NCBI GenBank assembly: GCA_017618175.1
Contig: JAFZUT010000011.1
Span: forward strand, 36,656-100,655
Origin: Alphaproteobacteria bacterium
Lineage (GTDB): Bacteria > Pseudomonadota > Alphaproteobacteria > Rs-D84
Direction of reading: 5' to 3'
DNA length: 64,000 nt
The notes under the pieces are model-generated. The model did no database searches, was not told the DNA's origin, and saw only the letters and a program-made list of their open reading frames with translations. Below are positions 26,072 to 35,005 of this stretch, piece after piece. Numbering within the stretch: position 1 is the first letter of the stretch; each line of letters opens with the position of its first letter. Position numbers and translations under genes: made by a program.

Positions 26072-26785
26072 ATGCGTCCATCTTTAAGAAAACCAAACCA
26101 GATGCGACCCGTTTCAATGGAAACTGGGGTCAACAAGTGGGCCGAAGGCTCGTGCCTGATAAAAATGGGCGGAACAATCGTGTTGTGTACTGCAACCGTT
26201 GATTTGAACCAACCAACGTGGAAACGTATGCAAAATAAAACCGGCGGATGGGTTACGGCGGAATATTCAATGTTGCCGCGGGCGAATGCAATGCGCAAAA
26301 CACGCGAAAATATTATGCGCGACCACCGTGGTGCCGAAATCTCACGTATTATCGGGCGCGCCCTGCGCAGTGTGGTTGATATGGAAATTCTGGGGCGGCA
26401 CACAATCACAATTGACTGTGACGTGATTCAGGCAGATGGTGGAACGCGGTGCGCATCGGTGACCGCCGGGTTCGTTGCGCTTACATTGGCCGTACGTTGG
26501 CTTTTGGGCACAGGGCGCATACACGAAAACCCTATACGCGAACACGTTGCCGCGGTTTCCGCGGGACTGTGGAATAACGAATTGGTATTAGATTTAGATT
26601 ATGACGAAGACAGTGCGGCCGAATTAGACGCGAATTTCGTGGTTGCTGAATCTGGACGATTTATTGAAGTCCAATCCACCGGCGAACAGCATCCGTTTGA
26701 AAAAGCACAACTTGGACAATTGATGGATATGGCGGCGAATGGCGCACAAAAACTGATTGAATTGCAAAAACAGGTTTTGGCGTAA
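26072..26785 (+). CDS. rph: ribonuclease PH
   Basis: MRPSLRKPNQMRPVSMETGVNKWAEGSCLIKMGGTIVLCTATV...DCDVIQADGGTRCASVTAGFVAL is typical RNase PH. ATG at 26072 follows AAGGTG. Confidence 0.9.
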   Translation: MRPSLRKPNQMRPVSMETGVNKWAEGSCLIKMGGTIVLCTATVDLNQPTWKRMQNKTGGWVTAEYSMLPRANAMRKTRENIMRDHRGAEISRIIGRALRSVVDMEILGRHTITIDCDVIQADGGTRCASVTAGFVALTLAVRWLLGTGRIHENPIREHVAAVSAGLWNNELVLDLDYDEDSAAELDANFVVAESGRFIEVQSTGEQHPFEKAQLGQLMDMAANGAQKLIELQKQVLA

Positions 26786-26791
26786 CGTCCG

Positions 26792-28090
26792 CTATTTTTC
26801 ACCGTTTAATATATCCTTGGACTTTATGTATTCGGGCGTGCCGGGTTTAAGGCGACTTTTTGCACGACGTGCATATTCGCGTGATTTTTCCCGATTGTTT
26901 TGCAAACGGTAAAATTCCGCCATTGCCCAATCTGCGCGACCATCATCCGCACCAAATGTGCGCGCCAACACCCAATATGCAACCGGTGAGGGGTCGGTTA
27001 AGATAACACGCCGACACAATTCCGCCGCACGATCAACATCATCGTTTTTCGCGCGTTCGACCAAGACCAATGCCAATGCTGTTTCTATCTGGGGCGAATT
27101 TGGACGCAATTTCAACGCGTGTTCGTATGCGGTGATTGCATCATCATAATGGCCGTAACGATATTCTAAATCGCCCAACAATTCATAAAAATACGGATTG
27201 TTGGGATTGCGCGATACCAATGTTCGTGTACCGACCGCCGCGCCCGACAAATTTCCCCATCGCATATTTGCAATCGCGCGGGCATAAATTGCCGCATCCG
27301 TCTTGTCCGCCGATGGATATAGAGTTTTTACACGCGTTGCATCATCCAAGTACCCAACCAATTTTGCACGCACCATGTCATATTTTTTAACAATTGTGGC
27401 AGAATCGGTTTTGAATTGTTTGGATTTAATATCTGCGGTGGCCAATTTATCGCGCACGTTTTTTAATCTTTCGGATGTCAATGGATGGTTTATCGCATTT
27501 GGGTTTACACGTGATTCGATATGCGCCGTCATGTCATTCATTTGTTCAAATACATCCAAGAACCCATTTGGGTTATATCCTGCGCGCACCATTAAATCAA
27601 AACCCATATCATCGGCAACACGTTCTTCGTCACGCGAAAACGCCAACATAGATTGCCGTGCAATGCCGGATGCACCCGCCATAACGCCCGCACCCAAAGA
27701 TGGATTTCCGCCCGCCAACATTAAACCGATGCCTAACGCCTGAATCATCATTGTGCGTTTTATTTCCGATTCCATACGCGCAGACATTTGCGCCATATGT
27801 CCACCAATTGTATGTCCCAATTCGTGTGCGATAACCGCCCGCAATGCGTTCGGTGTACGAACCCGTGTCAGCAACCCGGTATAGATATAAATATCGGTCC
27901 CGCCCATAACAAATGCATTAAAATTATCGTCATTTACTATGCGGATTTGTGTATCGGGAATATTTGCCACGGTTGTTATGGGTTTAATAATTTCCGCAAT
28001 AACAGATTCTATTTCGGTGTCTTGGATTACAGATGCCGCGTGTGCGGGCAATGTGAACATGCATATCAAAATCGCAATTATTTTCCGCAT
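26792..28090 (-). CDS. M48-family zinc metalloprotease with C-terminal TPR domain (BepA/YfgC-like)
   Basis: Signal peptide MRKIIAILICMFTLPAHA and HELGHTIGGH (HExxH). The C-terminus has TPR-like repeats (YELLGDLEYRYGHYDDAITAYEHALKLRPN...). Confidence 0.8.
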   Translation of the reverse strand: MRKIIAILICMFTLPAHAASVIQDTEIESVIAEIIKPITTVANIPDTQIRIVNDDNFNAFVMGGTDIYIYTGLLTRVRTPNALRAVIAHELGHTIGGHMAQMSARMESEIKRTMMIQALGIGLMLAGGNPSLGAGVMAGASGIARQSMLAFSRDEERVADDMGFDLMVRAGYNPNGFLDVFEQMNDMTAHIESRVNPNAINHPLTSERLKNVRDKLATADIKSKQFKTDSATIVKKYDMVRAKLVGYLDDATRVKTLYPSADKTDAAIYARAIANMRWGNLSGAAVGTRTLVSRNPNNPYFYELLGDLEYRYGHYDDAITAYEHALKLRPNSPQIETALALVLVERAKNDDVDRAAELCRRVILTDPSPVAYWVLARTFGADDGRADWAMAEFYRLQNNREKSREYARRAKSRLKPGTPEYIKSKDILNGEK

Positions 28091-30141
28091 TATGCCCCCA
28101 ATGTTGCCGTTCGGTCAAAGACGAACATTAAATCGCGCACCCATGGTTCTATGGTCACCATATCGGTCGCCGCACGTGTTGCCAATTTGAATAAATCCCG
28201 ATGTGCGCGGTAATCAACAAAGTGATAATTTATCCAACCGCTTTGGCGCGTGCCCAATAATTCGCCAACGCCGCGCATCATTAAATCTTGTTCCGCGATA
28301 ACAAAGCCATCATCGGTATCACACAACACATCCAACCGTTTAAGTCCATCCGCCGAAACGGCGTTTCCATACAGCAATATACAAAACGATTGTGCCGAAC
28401 CACGCCCCACACGCCCGCGCAATTGGTGCAGCGCCGCCAAACCGAACCTGTCTGCGTTTTCAATAACCATTATCGTTGCATCGGGGACATCAATTCCAAC
28501 CTCGATAACCGTGGTTGCAACCAGTATTTTAATATCACCGTTCGGCCGCGCAAATTCCGTCATAATTTTATCACGTTCTTCACGTGACATTTGACCATGA
28601 ACCAAGCCGACACATGTGAAATGTTTGCACAGTTCCCTGTATCTTTCTTCGGCGGCGGTTGCGTCCGTTCCATCAGATTCCGCCACCAACGGACACACCC
28701 AGAAAACCTTGGCCCCCGATACAATTTGCGGACGCAGGCGGTCAATCAATGCATCAATGCGCGCCAATGGCAATTTGGTGGTTTTAATTGGTATACGACC
28801 GGCGGGTTTTTCATTGATAATGGAAATATCCATATCGCCGTAAATCGTCATAGAAAGTGTCCGCGGAATTGGTGTTGCAGAAAGCGCAAGAACATCCGGA
28901 TTTGCCCCCTTGTCCCGCAGGGCTTCGCGCTGGGAAACGCCGAAACGATGCTGTTCATCAACGATAACCAGCCCCAAATCTTTGTATTCTACATCATTTG
29001 AAAACAGCGCATGTGTGCCAACAACCAATCGCGTGCGCCCCGAACGCAACGAAGTCAATTTTTCGCGGCGAATGGCGCCTTTGTCGCGACCGGTCAAGAT
29101 ATCGCAAACCAAACCCAATTTGTCGCAAATCGGTTTTAATTTAGCATAATGTTGCCCCGCCAATGTGTCGGTCGGCGCAAGAAGCGCCGTTTGCCCGCCC
29201 GATTCCGCCATCATTATCATTGCCGCCGCCGCAACCATAGTTTTTCCACAACCAACATCACCCTGGATAAGGCGCATCATTGGAAATTCGCGTGACATAT
29301 CGGTGGCGATATCGCCAATGGCGGATTTTTGCGCGCCCGTCAAATCAAACGGCAAAGACGCATAAAACTTTTCCATTAAATCATATTTTTTGGCTCGCAC
29401 CACACGGCGATGACGCGCATCGGTTCGGGTGCGACGACTGATTGCTATGGCAGTTTGGTGCGCCAATAATTCAAAGTACGCCAATTTAACAATGTCGTCC
29501 GCCATCGGGGATAAATCTTCATTTTTTTCCGCAAAGTGTGCACGGCGCAGCGCATCGAAAAATTCCGCAATTTGCGCATCTGCACCGACCAATTTATCGG
29601 GCAGGGTGGCAAAAACCTGGTCCCGGATATTCATAAATGTTTTTTGGGTTATACCTTCGCCGGAACGATAAATCGCCTGGACCCGCGGAATTTTGTTGGC
29701 GTTATCGGGTTCTTCAATAAAATCCGGATGATTTATCGTGGGGGTGCGCCCCGCTTCCAATTTACCACTGATAATCCGCCATTCGCCAATCGGCAGTTTT
29801 TTAAGCCAATAATCCAAATAATTCACATTAAAGAATTGCACAACAAATGTTTGTCCCGCCCGGTCAACGCAGGTTATGCGCGTAGGACTGCGCCGGCGAC
29901 CAAATGTACGGCCCGCCTTGTGCGATTTAACCATTGCCATAACCGTCACAACTTCGCCGGGTGTTGTGGTCGCAATAGAATCTGTCATGCCGCGGTCTTT
30001 GACATAGACAGGTATATGCAACATAAAATCCAAAATTCGCCGACCACCCAACAAATCCGCGAAGCGCGCAGCCAACACCGGTCCCACCCCGCGAATAAAT
30101 TGCAGGTCCGTGTTTAGAAAATCGAACAGTTCTTTTTTCAT
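28090..30141 (-). CDS. recG: ATP-dependent DNA helicase RecG
   Basis: N-terminal wedge/OB region. Helicase motifs GDVGCGKT, DEQHRFG, SATPIPRT and QLRGRVGRG are present, as is the C-terminal TRG-like GELLGTRQSG. Confidence 0.92.
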   Translation of the reverse strand: MKKELFDFLNTDLQFIRGVGPVLAARFADLLGGRRILDFMLHIPVYVKDRGMTDSIATTTPGEVVTVMAMVKSHKAGRTFGRRRSPTRITCVDRAGQTFVVQFFNVNYLDYWLKKLPIGEWRIISGKLEAGRTPTINHPDFIEEPDNANKIPRVQAIYRSGEGITQKTFMNIRDQVFATLPDKLVGADAQIAEFFDALRRAHFAEKNEDLSPMADDIVKLAYFELLAHQTAIAISRRTRTDARHRRVVRAKKYDLMEKFYASLPFDLTGAQKSAIGDIATDMSREFPMMRLIQGDVGCGKTMVAAAAMIMMAESGGQTALLAPTDTLAGQHYAKLKPICDKLGLVCDILTGRDKGAIRREKLTSLRSGRTRLVVGTHALFSNDVEYKDLGLVIVDEQHRFGVSQREALRDKGANPDVLALSATPIPRTLSMTIYGDMDISIINEKPAGRIPIKTTKLPLARIDALIDRLRPQIVSGAKVFWVCPLVAESDGTDATAAEERYRELCKHFTCVGLVHGQMSREERDKIMTEFARPNGDIKILVATTVIEVGIDVPDATIMVIENADRFGLAALHQLRGRVGRGSAQSFCILLYGNAVSADGLKRLDVLCDTDDGFVIAEQDLMMRGVGELLGTRQSGWINYHFVDYRAHRDLFKLATRAATDMVTIEPWVRDLMFVFDRTATLGA

Positions 30142-30236
30142 CTGTGTTAAAAATACTAAATTTTCGGCCGATATATCAAGAGAAAAGAAAAATCTTGAAA
30201 ACCGAATATTTTAATGATAGACTGCACCTCGCACAT

Positions 30237-30314
30237 GGCGGATGTAGCTCAGCTGGTTAGAGCGTCGGTTTGTGGTACCGAATGTCGCCGGTTCGAATCC
30301 GGTCATCCGCCCCA
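30237..30314 (+). tRNA. tRNA-His (anticodon GUG) with a genome-encoded G-1
   Basis: G(-1) GCGGATG TA GCTC AGCTGGTTA GAGC G TCGGT TTGTGGT ACCGA ATGTC GCCGG TTCGAAT CCGGT CATCCGC C CCA. G-1 can pair with C73. Confidence 0.92.
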
Positions 30315-30346
30315 TCCGTCTTTGCCGTCGGCAAAGCCGCGATTTG
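30315..30346 (+). repeat. conserved 32-nt tRNA 3'-trailer hairpin (copy 1)
   Basis: TCCGTCTTTGCCGTCGGCAAAGCCGCGATTTG directly abuts the CCA of tRNA-His. A near-identical copy abuts tRNA-Ser at 46158-46189 in the same orientation relative to the tRNA. Confidence 0.85.
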
Positions 30347-30543
30347 GCGGGTTTAGCGCGTTGCAAAACGGAATGCCGCGGCTTTTTAGTCGCAGTTTTT
30401 TTATAAAAAACAAGACAAAAAGACGGGCCAATCATATTGATTCTCATTTGCGGTATTGGCGAAGCAATCCAGTCATAATCATTTGACAACAGCCAAATTC
30501 TTTTTATACTTTTACATAACAAAAATTAAAACAAGGACACGAT

Positions 30544-31056
30544 ATGGAAAATCTTATTGATATGTATGCGACATTGGAAAAATATCCGGTAAATGTATCA
30601 TATCCCGCCGGGCAAATCGCCCCAGATGCCGACAGCATCAAACTGCATGATTTCAAATATGCCAATGATTTTATAACATACTATACATTTGGACCGTATA
30701 AAATGGAACATCGTGAAATCGCGCGTCAGTATGAATATGTTCGTGGATACGGCAAAACGCTGTGTTTCACAAAATGTGATACAACAATGTACAAACAGGT
30801 TTGTGTCAATAAACGCATATCAAATATTGATAAAATGTTCGTTAGTTTAGCAAAAAATATCATTGCCAAAGCCAACGGAAAAACATTTACGAACGTTTTT
30901 GAAAAACAGATTGCCGATAATACATCAGATCTTATGTACTATTTGCGTAATATGCCCGGTACAATAATGCCGGCTGATGAAGTCGATGCATTGATGAATC
31001 AATTGGAAGAAATTAAACGCAAATTGTTGCTGACACAAAATATAAAATTTATGTAA
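30544..31056 (+). CDS. hypothetical protein (170 aa)
   Basis: Intact ORF followed by a strong terminator. No motif recognised. Confidence 0.5.
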   Translation: MENLIDMYATLEKYPVNVSYPAGQIAPDADSIKLHDFKYANDFITYYTFGPYKMEHREIARQYEYVRGYGKTLCFTKCDTTMYKQVCVNKRISNIDKMFVSLAKNIIAKANGKTFTNVFEKQIADNTSDLMYYLRNMPGTIMPADEVDALMNQLEEIKRKLLLTQNIKFM

Positions 31057-31060
31057 AACG

Positions 31061-31088
31061 AAAAACCGCCGATATTCGGCGGTTTTTT
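31061..31088. terminator. bidirectional rho-independent terminator
   Basis: A5-CCGCCGA-tat-TCGGCGG-T6, between convergent genes. Confidence 0.8.
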
Positions 31089-31102
31089 ATATGCATCGAT
31101 TT

Positions 31103-31630
31103 TTATTTCTTAATCTTTACAATCTTTTTTAATTTCTTGATACCTTTGTTCAAATCACTTTCTTCGGCCGGTTTTACTTCGCCCGGTGTCAGAGATGAAC
31201 AGCAATGTGGGCATTTTGTTGCGGTAATATCGACACTTTGTTTACAATATGGACATGTTGTTGTTGTGACCGCCTTTTTGCTTTTCATCTTGTTGACGGT
31301 GCGCACAATCAAGAACGCCGCAAACATTGTAATAATAAAACTGATTACCGTGTTCAAGAACACACCCAGATTCAAAGTGGTGGCACCTGCGGCCTGGGCT
31401 TCGGCAATAGTGTTAAATGTTTGACCATCACCGCCCGCCAACACAAAGAACCATTGCGAAAAATCAACACCACCAATCAAAAGCCCTATTGGGGGCATAA
31501 TAACATCTTTGACCAATGAATTGACAACGCTGGTCATCACCGAACCTACGATGATACCAATCGCCATATCGATTGCATTACCGCGTTCCGCAAAACTGCG
31601 AAATTCTTTTAGAAAATTACTTACTGCCAT
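31103..31630 (-). CDS. mscL: large-conductance mechanosensitive channel MscL with a C-terminal zinc-ribbon extension
   Basis: FKEFRSFAERGNAIDMAIGIIVGSVMTSVVNSLVKDVIMPPIGLLIGGVDFS is the canonical MscL TM1/loop. The extra C-terminus carries CPYC-x12-CPHC. Confidence 0.88.
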   Translation of the reverse strand: MAVSNFLKEFRSFAERGNAIDMAIGIIVGSVMTSVVNSLVKDVIMPPIGLLIGGVDFSQWFFVLAGGDGQTFNTIAEAQAAGATTLNLGVFLNTVISFIITMFAAFLIVRTVNKMKSKKAVTTTTCPYCKQSVDITATKCPHCCSSLTPGEVKPAEESDLNKGIKKLKKIVKIKK

Positions 31631-32189
31631 TTTTTTGTTCCTTTTGATTCAAATGTTGTTCCAAAGCGGCAACAACCTTGGCCAACGTTTTTCGAAGATT
31701 TTCGTCAAACGTTTCAACGGTTATATCCGCCAACGCATATGTGTTATACCGCTCTGCAATCAATTGGGCAAGGATTTTTTTACTATCCGTGTGCAAAAGT
31801 TGCGGGCGTGTATCACGAAAACGGGTTCGTTTCACCAACAAATCCAAATCCGCCTTTAACCATATGCTGACCGCCTGGGTCAAGATTTTGTCCCGAACCG
31901 CAGGCGTTATGAACGCGCCTTCACCAGTGGACAAAACCTTGGGCACCGGCGGCGTATCCAACAGACGCGATACAACCTGTTGTTCAACGCGCCTGAATTC
32001 TTTTTCACCATAAAGCGAGAATATATCAACAACACTGCAACCGGCGGCACGTTCGATTTCTTTGTCCGAATCGACAAACGGTACCCCCAAATGGTGCGCC
32101 AACGCGCGACCAACACTGGTCTTGCCGGCACCCATAAGGCCAACCATAACAATCGGTCGGTCCAATTTAATTGCAGATTCTTTTTTCAT
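31617..32189 (-). CDS. aroK: shikimate kinase
   Basis: IVMVGLMGAGKTSVGRALAHHLGVPFVDSDKEIE (P-loop plus the shikimate-binding D-S-D). I take the start at MKKES (32189). Confidence 0.85.
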   Translation of the reverse strand: MKKESAIKLDRPIVMVGLMGAGKTSVGRALAHHLGVPFVDSDKEIERAAGCSVVDIFSLYGEKEFRRVEQQVVSRLLDTPPVPKVLSTGEGAFITPAVRDKILTQAVSIWLKADLDLLVKRTRFRDTRPQLLHTDSKKILAQLIAERYNTYALADITVETFDENLRKTLAKVVAALEQHLNQKEQKNGSK

Positions 32190-32297
32190 GCCGGTAATTT
32201 TAGATAAAAAATTAAATTTTAACAATAAAAACTTTTCAAATGATATTTTTATGTGCTAAGATAAATTTACCGTAAAAGAAAAACAGGGGGAAACCTT

Positions 32298-33350
32298 ATG
32301 AAAATACATTATTTCACAATCGGTTTGATTGCGGTCTTGGGCGGACGCGCCGCAAATGCGACCGAATTTCAATATATGGTCAATGGCGTTGCCGCGCATA
32401 ACATTATGGCGATGCAGCATAACATTTCAAATCGCGCCGTTGTTTTACCGCCGCGAACCAAGGTGATGCGTACCAAAAATGATGTTGCAAATACAGATGC
32501 AGACGAATATGGTGAAATGATATATTACGGTGAATATGGCGATGACACCGGGATTCTGCCATTGATTGGGCGCAGCGGTGGCGATTTTGCAACCGCATAT
32601 GTTAGCGCGGATTGGCAACATTTTGATGAAACGGTTCAATTCAAATCTTATTCGCATACGAACACAAAAATGGATTTGGGAATGGTTGAATTCGGCAACA
32701 ACCACGAAACATTAAATGGAAATCCGTTGGATATGAAGTTCTTTGGCGGATATGTCGGTGGCACAATTAAAAACAGTGATATTAGTATGGGCCAAGATGG
32801 CGGATTTATCGGCGCGGCGGCGCATCAACAAATTGAAAATTTTGATATCAGTGTAATCGCAAATCTGGGGCTGATGGTAAATAATGTTCGCAGACCCACA
32901 ACCACAGACGATTTTAATAATATCTGGGCGGCGGCGACTTTGGATGCGGCGTATAACATCGCACTGGATAAAAATGTCGTTTTGCGTCCAAATTTCCGTG
33001 CGGGATATATGTGGATTTATTCACCCAACTATGTATTGAACGATGGGCGGGATGTGAATAACAAAAACCTTGGGGTGTTGGAATTGACCCCGGGGCTTGA
33101 TTTGAATGCAAATATCGGTGATGGTTGGTCGATTGGTGCGCGTGGCGCATATATTATAAATTTTGTGAACGGTGGCGAAACATACCTGGAATATTCAAAA
33201 TTGCCAAAACTTAGATCCAAAGATTATTTTGAATATGGCATCAATATTGAAAAATCCGTTGATAATTTGAATTTCGGCCTGAACGTGGGACGCCACGATG
33301 GCGGACGCAGTGGTTGGTTCGGCGGCGCCAGGATAAGGTATTTGTTTTAG
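32298..33350 (+). CDS. outer-membrane beta-barrel protein (hypothetical)
   Basis: Signal peptide MKIHYFTIGLIAVLGGRAANA. The body is an alternating aromatic/Gly-rich strand pattern. The C-terminus is ...GGARIRYLF, with the terminal Phe typical of OMPs. Confidence 0.55.
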   Translation: MKIHYFTIGLIAVLGGRAANATEFQYMVNGVAAHNIMAMQHNISNRAVVLPPRTKVMRTKNDVANTDADEYGEMIYYGEYGDDTGILPLIGRSGGDFATAYVSADWQHFDETVQFKSYSHTNTKMDLGMVEFGNNHETLNGNPLDMKFFGGYVGGTIKNSDISMGQDGGFIGAAAHQQIENFDISVIANLGLMVNNVRRPTTTDDFNNIWAAATLDAAYNIALDKNVVLRPNFRAGYMWIYSPNYVLNDGRDVNNKNLGVLELTPGLDLNANIGDGWSIGARGAYIINFVNGGETYLEYSKLPKLRSKDYFEYGINIEKSVDNLNFGLNVGRHDGGRSGWFGGARIRYLF

Positions 33351-33421
33351 TATTAGTCCGTCCCGGCGCCATTTGGTGCCGCGGCCGCGACGGGTGTTAA
33401 TGGTTAGTGGGTAGTGGGTAT

Positions 33422-33450
33422 AAAAAAACGGTGCCTGGCACCGTTTTTTA
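33422..33450. terminator. bidirectional rho-independent terminator
   Basis: A7-ACGGTGC-ctg-GCACCGT-T6. Confidence 0.75.
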
Positions 33451-33675
33451 TTTTTTGTTACCCAATTGACGTTTTAATTCCGCAATTTCTTGGTCACGCA
33501 ATTTAATCTCGTTTCTAAGGCGCGGTATTGCGCCATCAATCGACCAAAACAATGGCATATAATTACACGTTATAAAATATATGCATTCGTTTATGTCCGA
33601 CAATGTAGGTTTATAATTTTTATGCGTTTGTAAAAATTTATTCATCGCATCTGCCAGTGTTAGTTTCTGTTGCAT
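33448..33675 (-). CDS. hypothetical protein (75 aa)
   Basis: ATG preceded by GGAGTAAAAAAA. The C-terminal heptad-like stretch is RLRNEIKLRDQEIAELKRQLG. Confidence 0.45.
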   Translation of the reverse strand: MQQKLTLADAMNKFLQTHKNYKPTLSDINECIYFITCNYMPLFWSIDGAIPRLRNEIKLRDQEIAELKRQLGNKK

Positions 33676-33699
33676 TTTTTTACTCCATTTTCATAAAAT

Positions 33700-33865
33700 A
33701 AAAAACCACCAAAAAATATTTCTAGTGGTTGGAGGTCGATAGCAACATCAAGTATTGCGTGCCTATTCAATATATTACGCACCCTCCAACCCTGAGTTGG
33801 AGTTTTTGCCGTATTGGCAACTTGATATGGAGCTATCGCGCTCCACCGACGGAATACCCGCCGAC
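33700..33865 (-). ncRNA. candidate structured RNA or 5' leader (class unknown)
   Basis: Minus-strand promoter TTGCGT, 16-nt spacer, TATGAT (33899-33872). A long closing helix forms (33732-33753 pairs with 33820-33845: GGAG/CGATAGC/ATCAAGT with ACTTGAT/GCTATCG/CTCC). It encloses three hairpins (TGCC..GGCA, CTCCAAC..GTTGGAG, TGCGT..ACGCA). It ends in a weak hairpin plus a U-run just upstream of CDS 33675. Confidence 0.3.
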
Positions 33866-33914
33866 AATTTAATCATATCAAATAATTACATAAACGCAAT
33901 GAATTTTTACACAC

Positions 33915-33942
33915 TAAAACACCGCCCGATGCGGGCGGTGTT
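33915..33942 (-). terminator. rho-independent terminator after hup
   Basis: CACCGCCCG-cat-CGGGCGGTG followed by TTTT on the minus strand. Confidence 0.7.
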
Positions 33943-33963
33943 GAACATAAATCAAACCATAGT

Positions 33964-34236
33964 TTAATTCAAAGCATCTTTCAAAGCTTTGCCAGGTTTA
34001 AATTTCGGCTGAGTAGAAGCCGGAATTTTGATGGCGGCACCCGTTTGCGGGTTGCGGCCTGTTGTGGCTTTACGCTTTGCGGTTGTGAATGTACCAAAAC
34101 CGACCAAACGAACATCACCTTTCTTTTTCAATACTTTGGTGACAGTGTTGATAAATGCATCCAAGCATGCCGCAGCGGTTGCCTTGGTTACATCTACTTC
34201 GTTTGCGATTGCTTCAATCAATTGTTGTTTGTTCAT
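33964..34236 (-). CDS. hup: DNA-binding protein HU
   Basis: MNKQQLIEAIA...VRLVGFGTFTTAKRKATTGRNPQTGAAIKIPASTQPKFKPGKALKDALN is the canonical HU/IHF fold sequence. Confidence 0.92.
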   Translation of the reverse strand: MNKQQLIEAIANEVDVTKATAAACLDAFINTVTKVLKKKGDVRLVGFGTFTTAKRKATTGRNPQTGAAIKIPASTQPKFKPGKALKDALN

Positions 34237-34443
34237 ATGTTTCTCCTTTCATAAATTTATTTAAGGTGTCCCAGCACCACATGGCAATGTCCACAAAAAC
34301 CATATTTTACGCCCAATTCAACAAAACAATTTGCCAAATCAAACCATTTCTGTGGGCATTGCCTGTGTTGCCTAAACGAATCGTAGAGAATTCCGCCATT
34401 TAAGTCAAGATTTATTTATAATATTTGAAAATTTTTTATTTTC

Positions 34444-34923
34444 TCATTTTCTGTGGACCAAGTCGCTGCGCACGACAATCGCGCCCGGCGAAGTGTTTTC
34501 ACACAAAACATAATCGCCCGATTTACCGGTCACTTCGACCGCCCGATAACGATTCGGTGTGTTGAAAATCAATATCAATATTACACCCGCCCAAAATAAC
34601 AACTTGGTAAATCCCCATGGTTTGGAAAAGGCGTCTTTATTAAACGAATCTTTCAACAGGTTTTGATACAACGCCCATCCCCACATAAATGCCAAAACAA
34701 TCGCCGCAAAAAAGAATATTATTAAAATGTAACGCGTGAAAAACGAAAATCCCGCCGCGATTGTGTCCCAAAAACTGCTTGCCGCAGGGCACACGAAAAG
34801 TGCGCGACCACTTATATCCGGGGGCAACTGAATTGGGGGCGAACCATCCAACGAAAAATCAAACGAAGCCATCAACACGATGATGGTCAACAAAACTATC
34901 GCGAAAAGCATTGATTTTTTCAT
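34444..34923 (-). CDS. hypothetical integral membrane protein
   Basis: Four predicted hydrophobic helices; no other motif. Confidence 0.5.
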   Translation of the reverse strand: MKKSMLFAIVLLTIIVLMASFDFSLDGSPPIQLPPDISGRALFVCPAASSFWDTIAAGFSFFTRYILIIFFFAAIVLAFMWGWALYQNLLKDSFNKDAFSKPWGFTKLLFWAGVILILIFNTPNRYRAVEVTGKSGDYVLCENTSPGAIVVRSDLVHRK

Positions 34924-35005
34924 TTTATCCGTCCCACTGTATGCATATTATATCATAAATAACTAACCAATTGCAATTCTTGTAAGTTTTATTTACAATT
35001 TAACT

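Noticed and set aside
30211-30522. ORFs 30211..30522 (-) and 30214..30486 (+).
   Set aside because: Both overlap tRNA-His and its GC-rich trailer; the + ORF again contains RRFESGHPP from the T-arm. They are not protein genes.
33786-33812. A + strand terminator (CTCCAAC-cctga-GTTGGAG followed by T5), which would imply a + strand sRNA.
   Set aside because: I found no convincing + strand promoter upstream, and the hairpin lies inside the long closing helix that fits a minus-strand transcript with a good promoter. I keep it as an alternative but have not annotated it.
33700-33865. Assigning the structured RNA to a known class (tmRNA including the two-piece alphaproteobacterial form, 6S, SRP/4.5S, RNase P, or the TPP, purine or B12 riboswitches).
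   Set aside because: It is too short for tmRNA or RNase P. It has no tRNA-like T-arm/ACCA end and no GGAAGCAGCC-type SRP motif. It is multi-branched rather than a 6S rod. I could see none of the conserved riboswitch boxes I know. I left it as unknown class.
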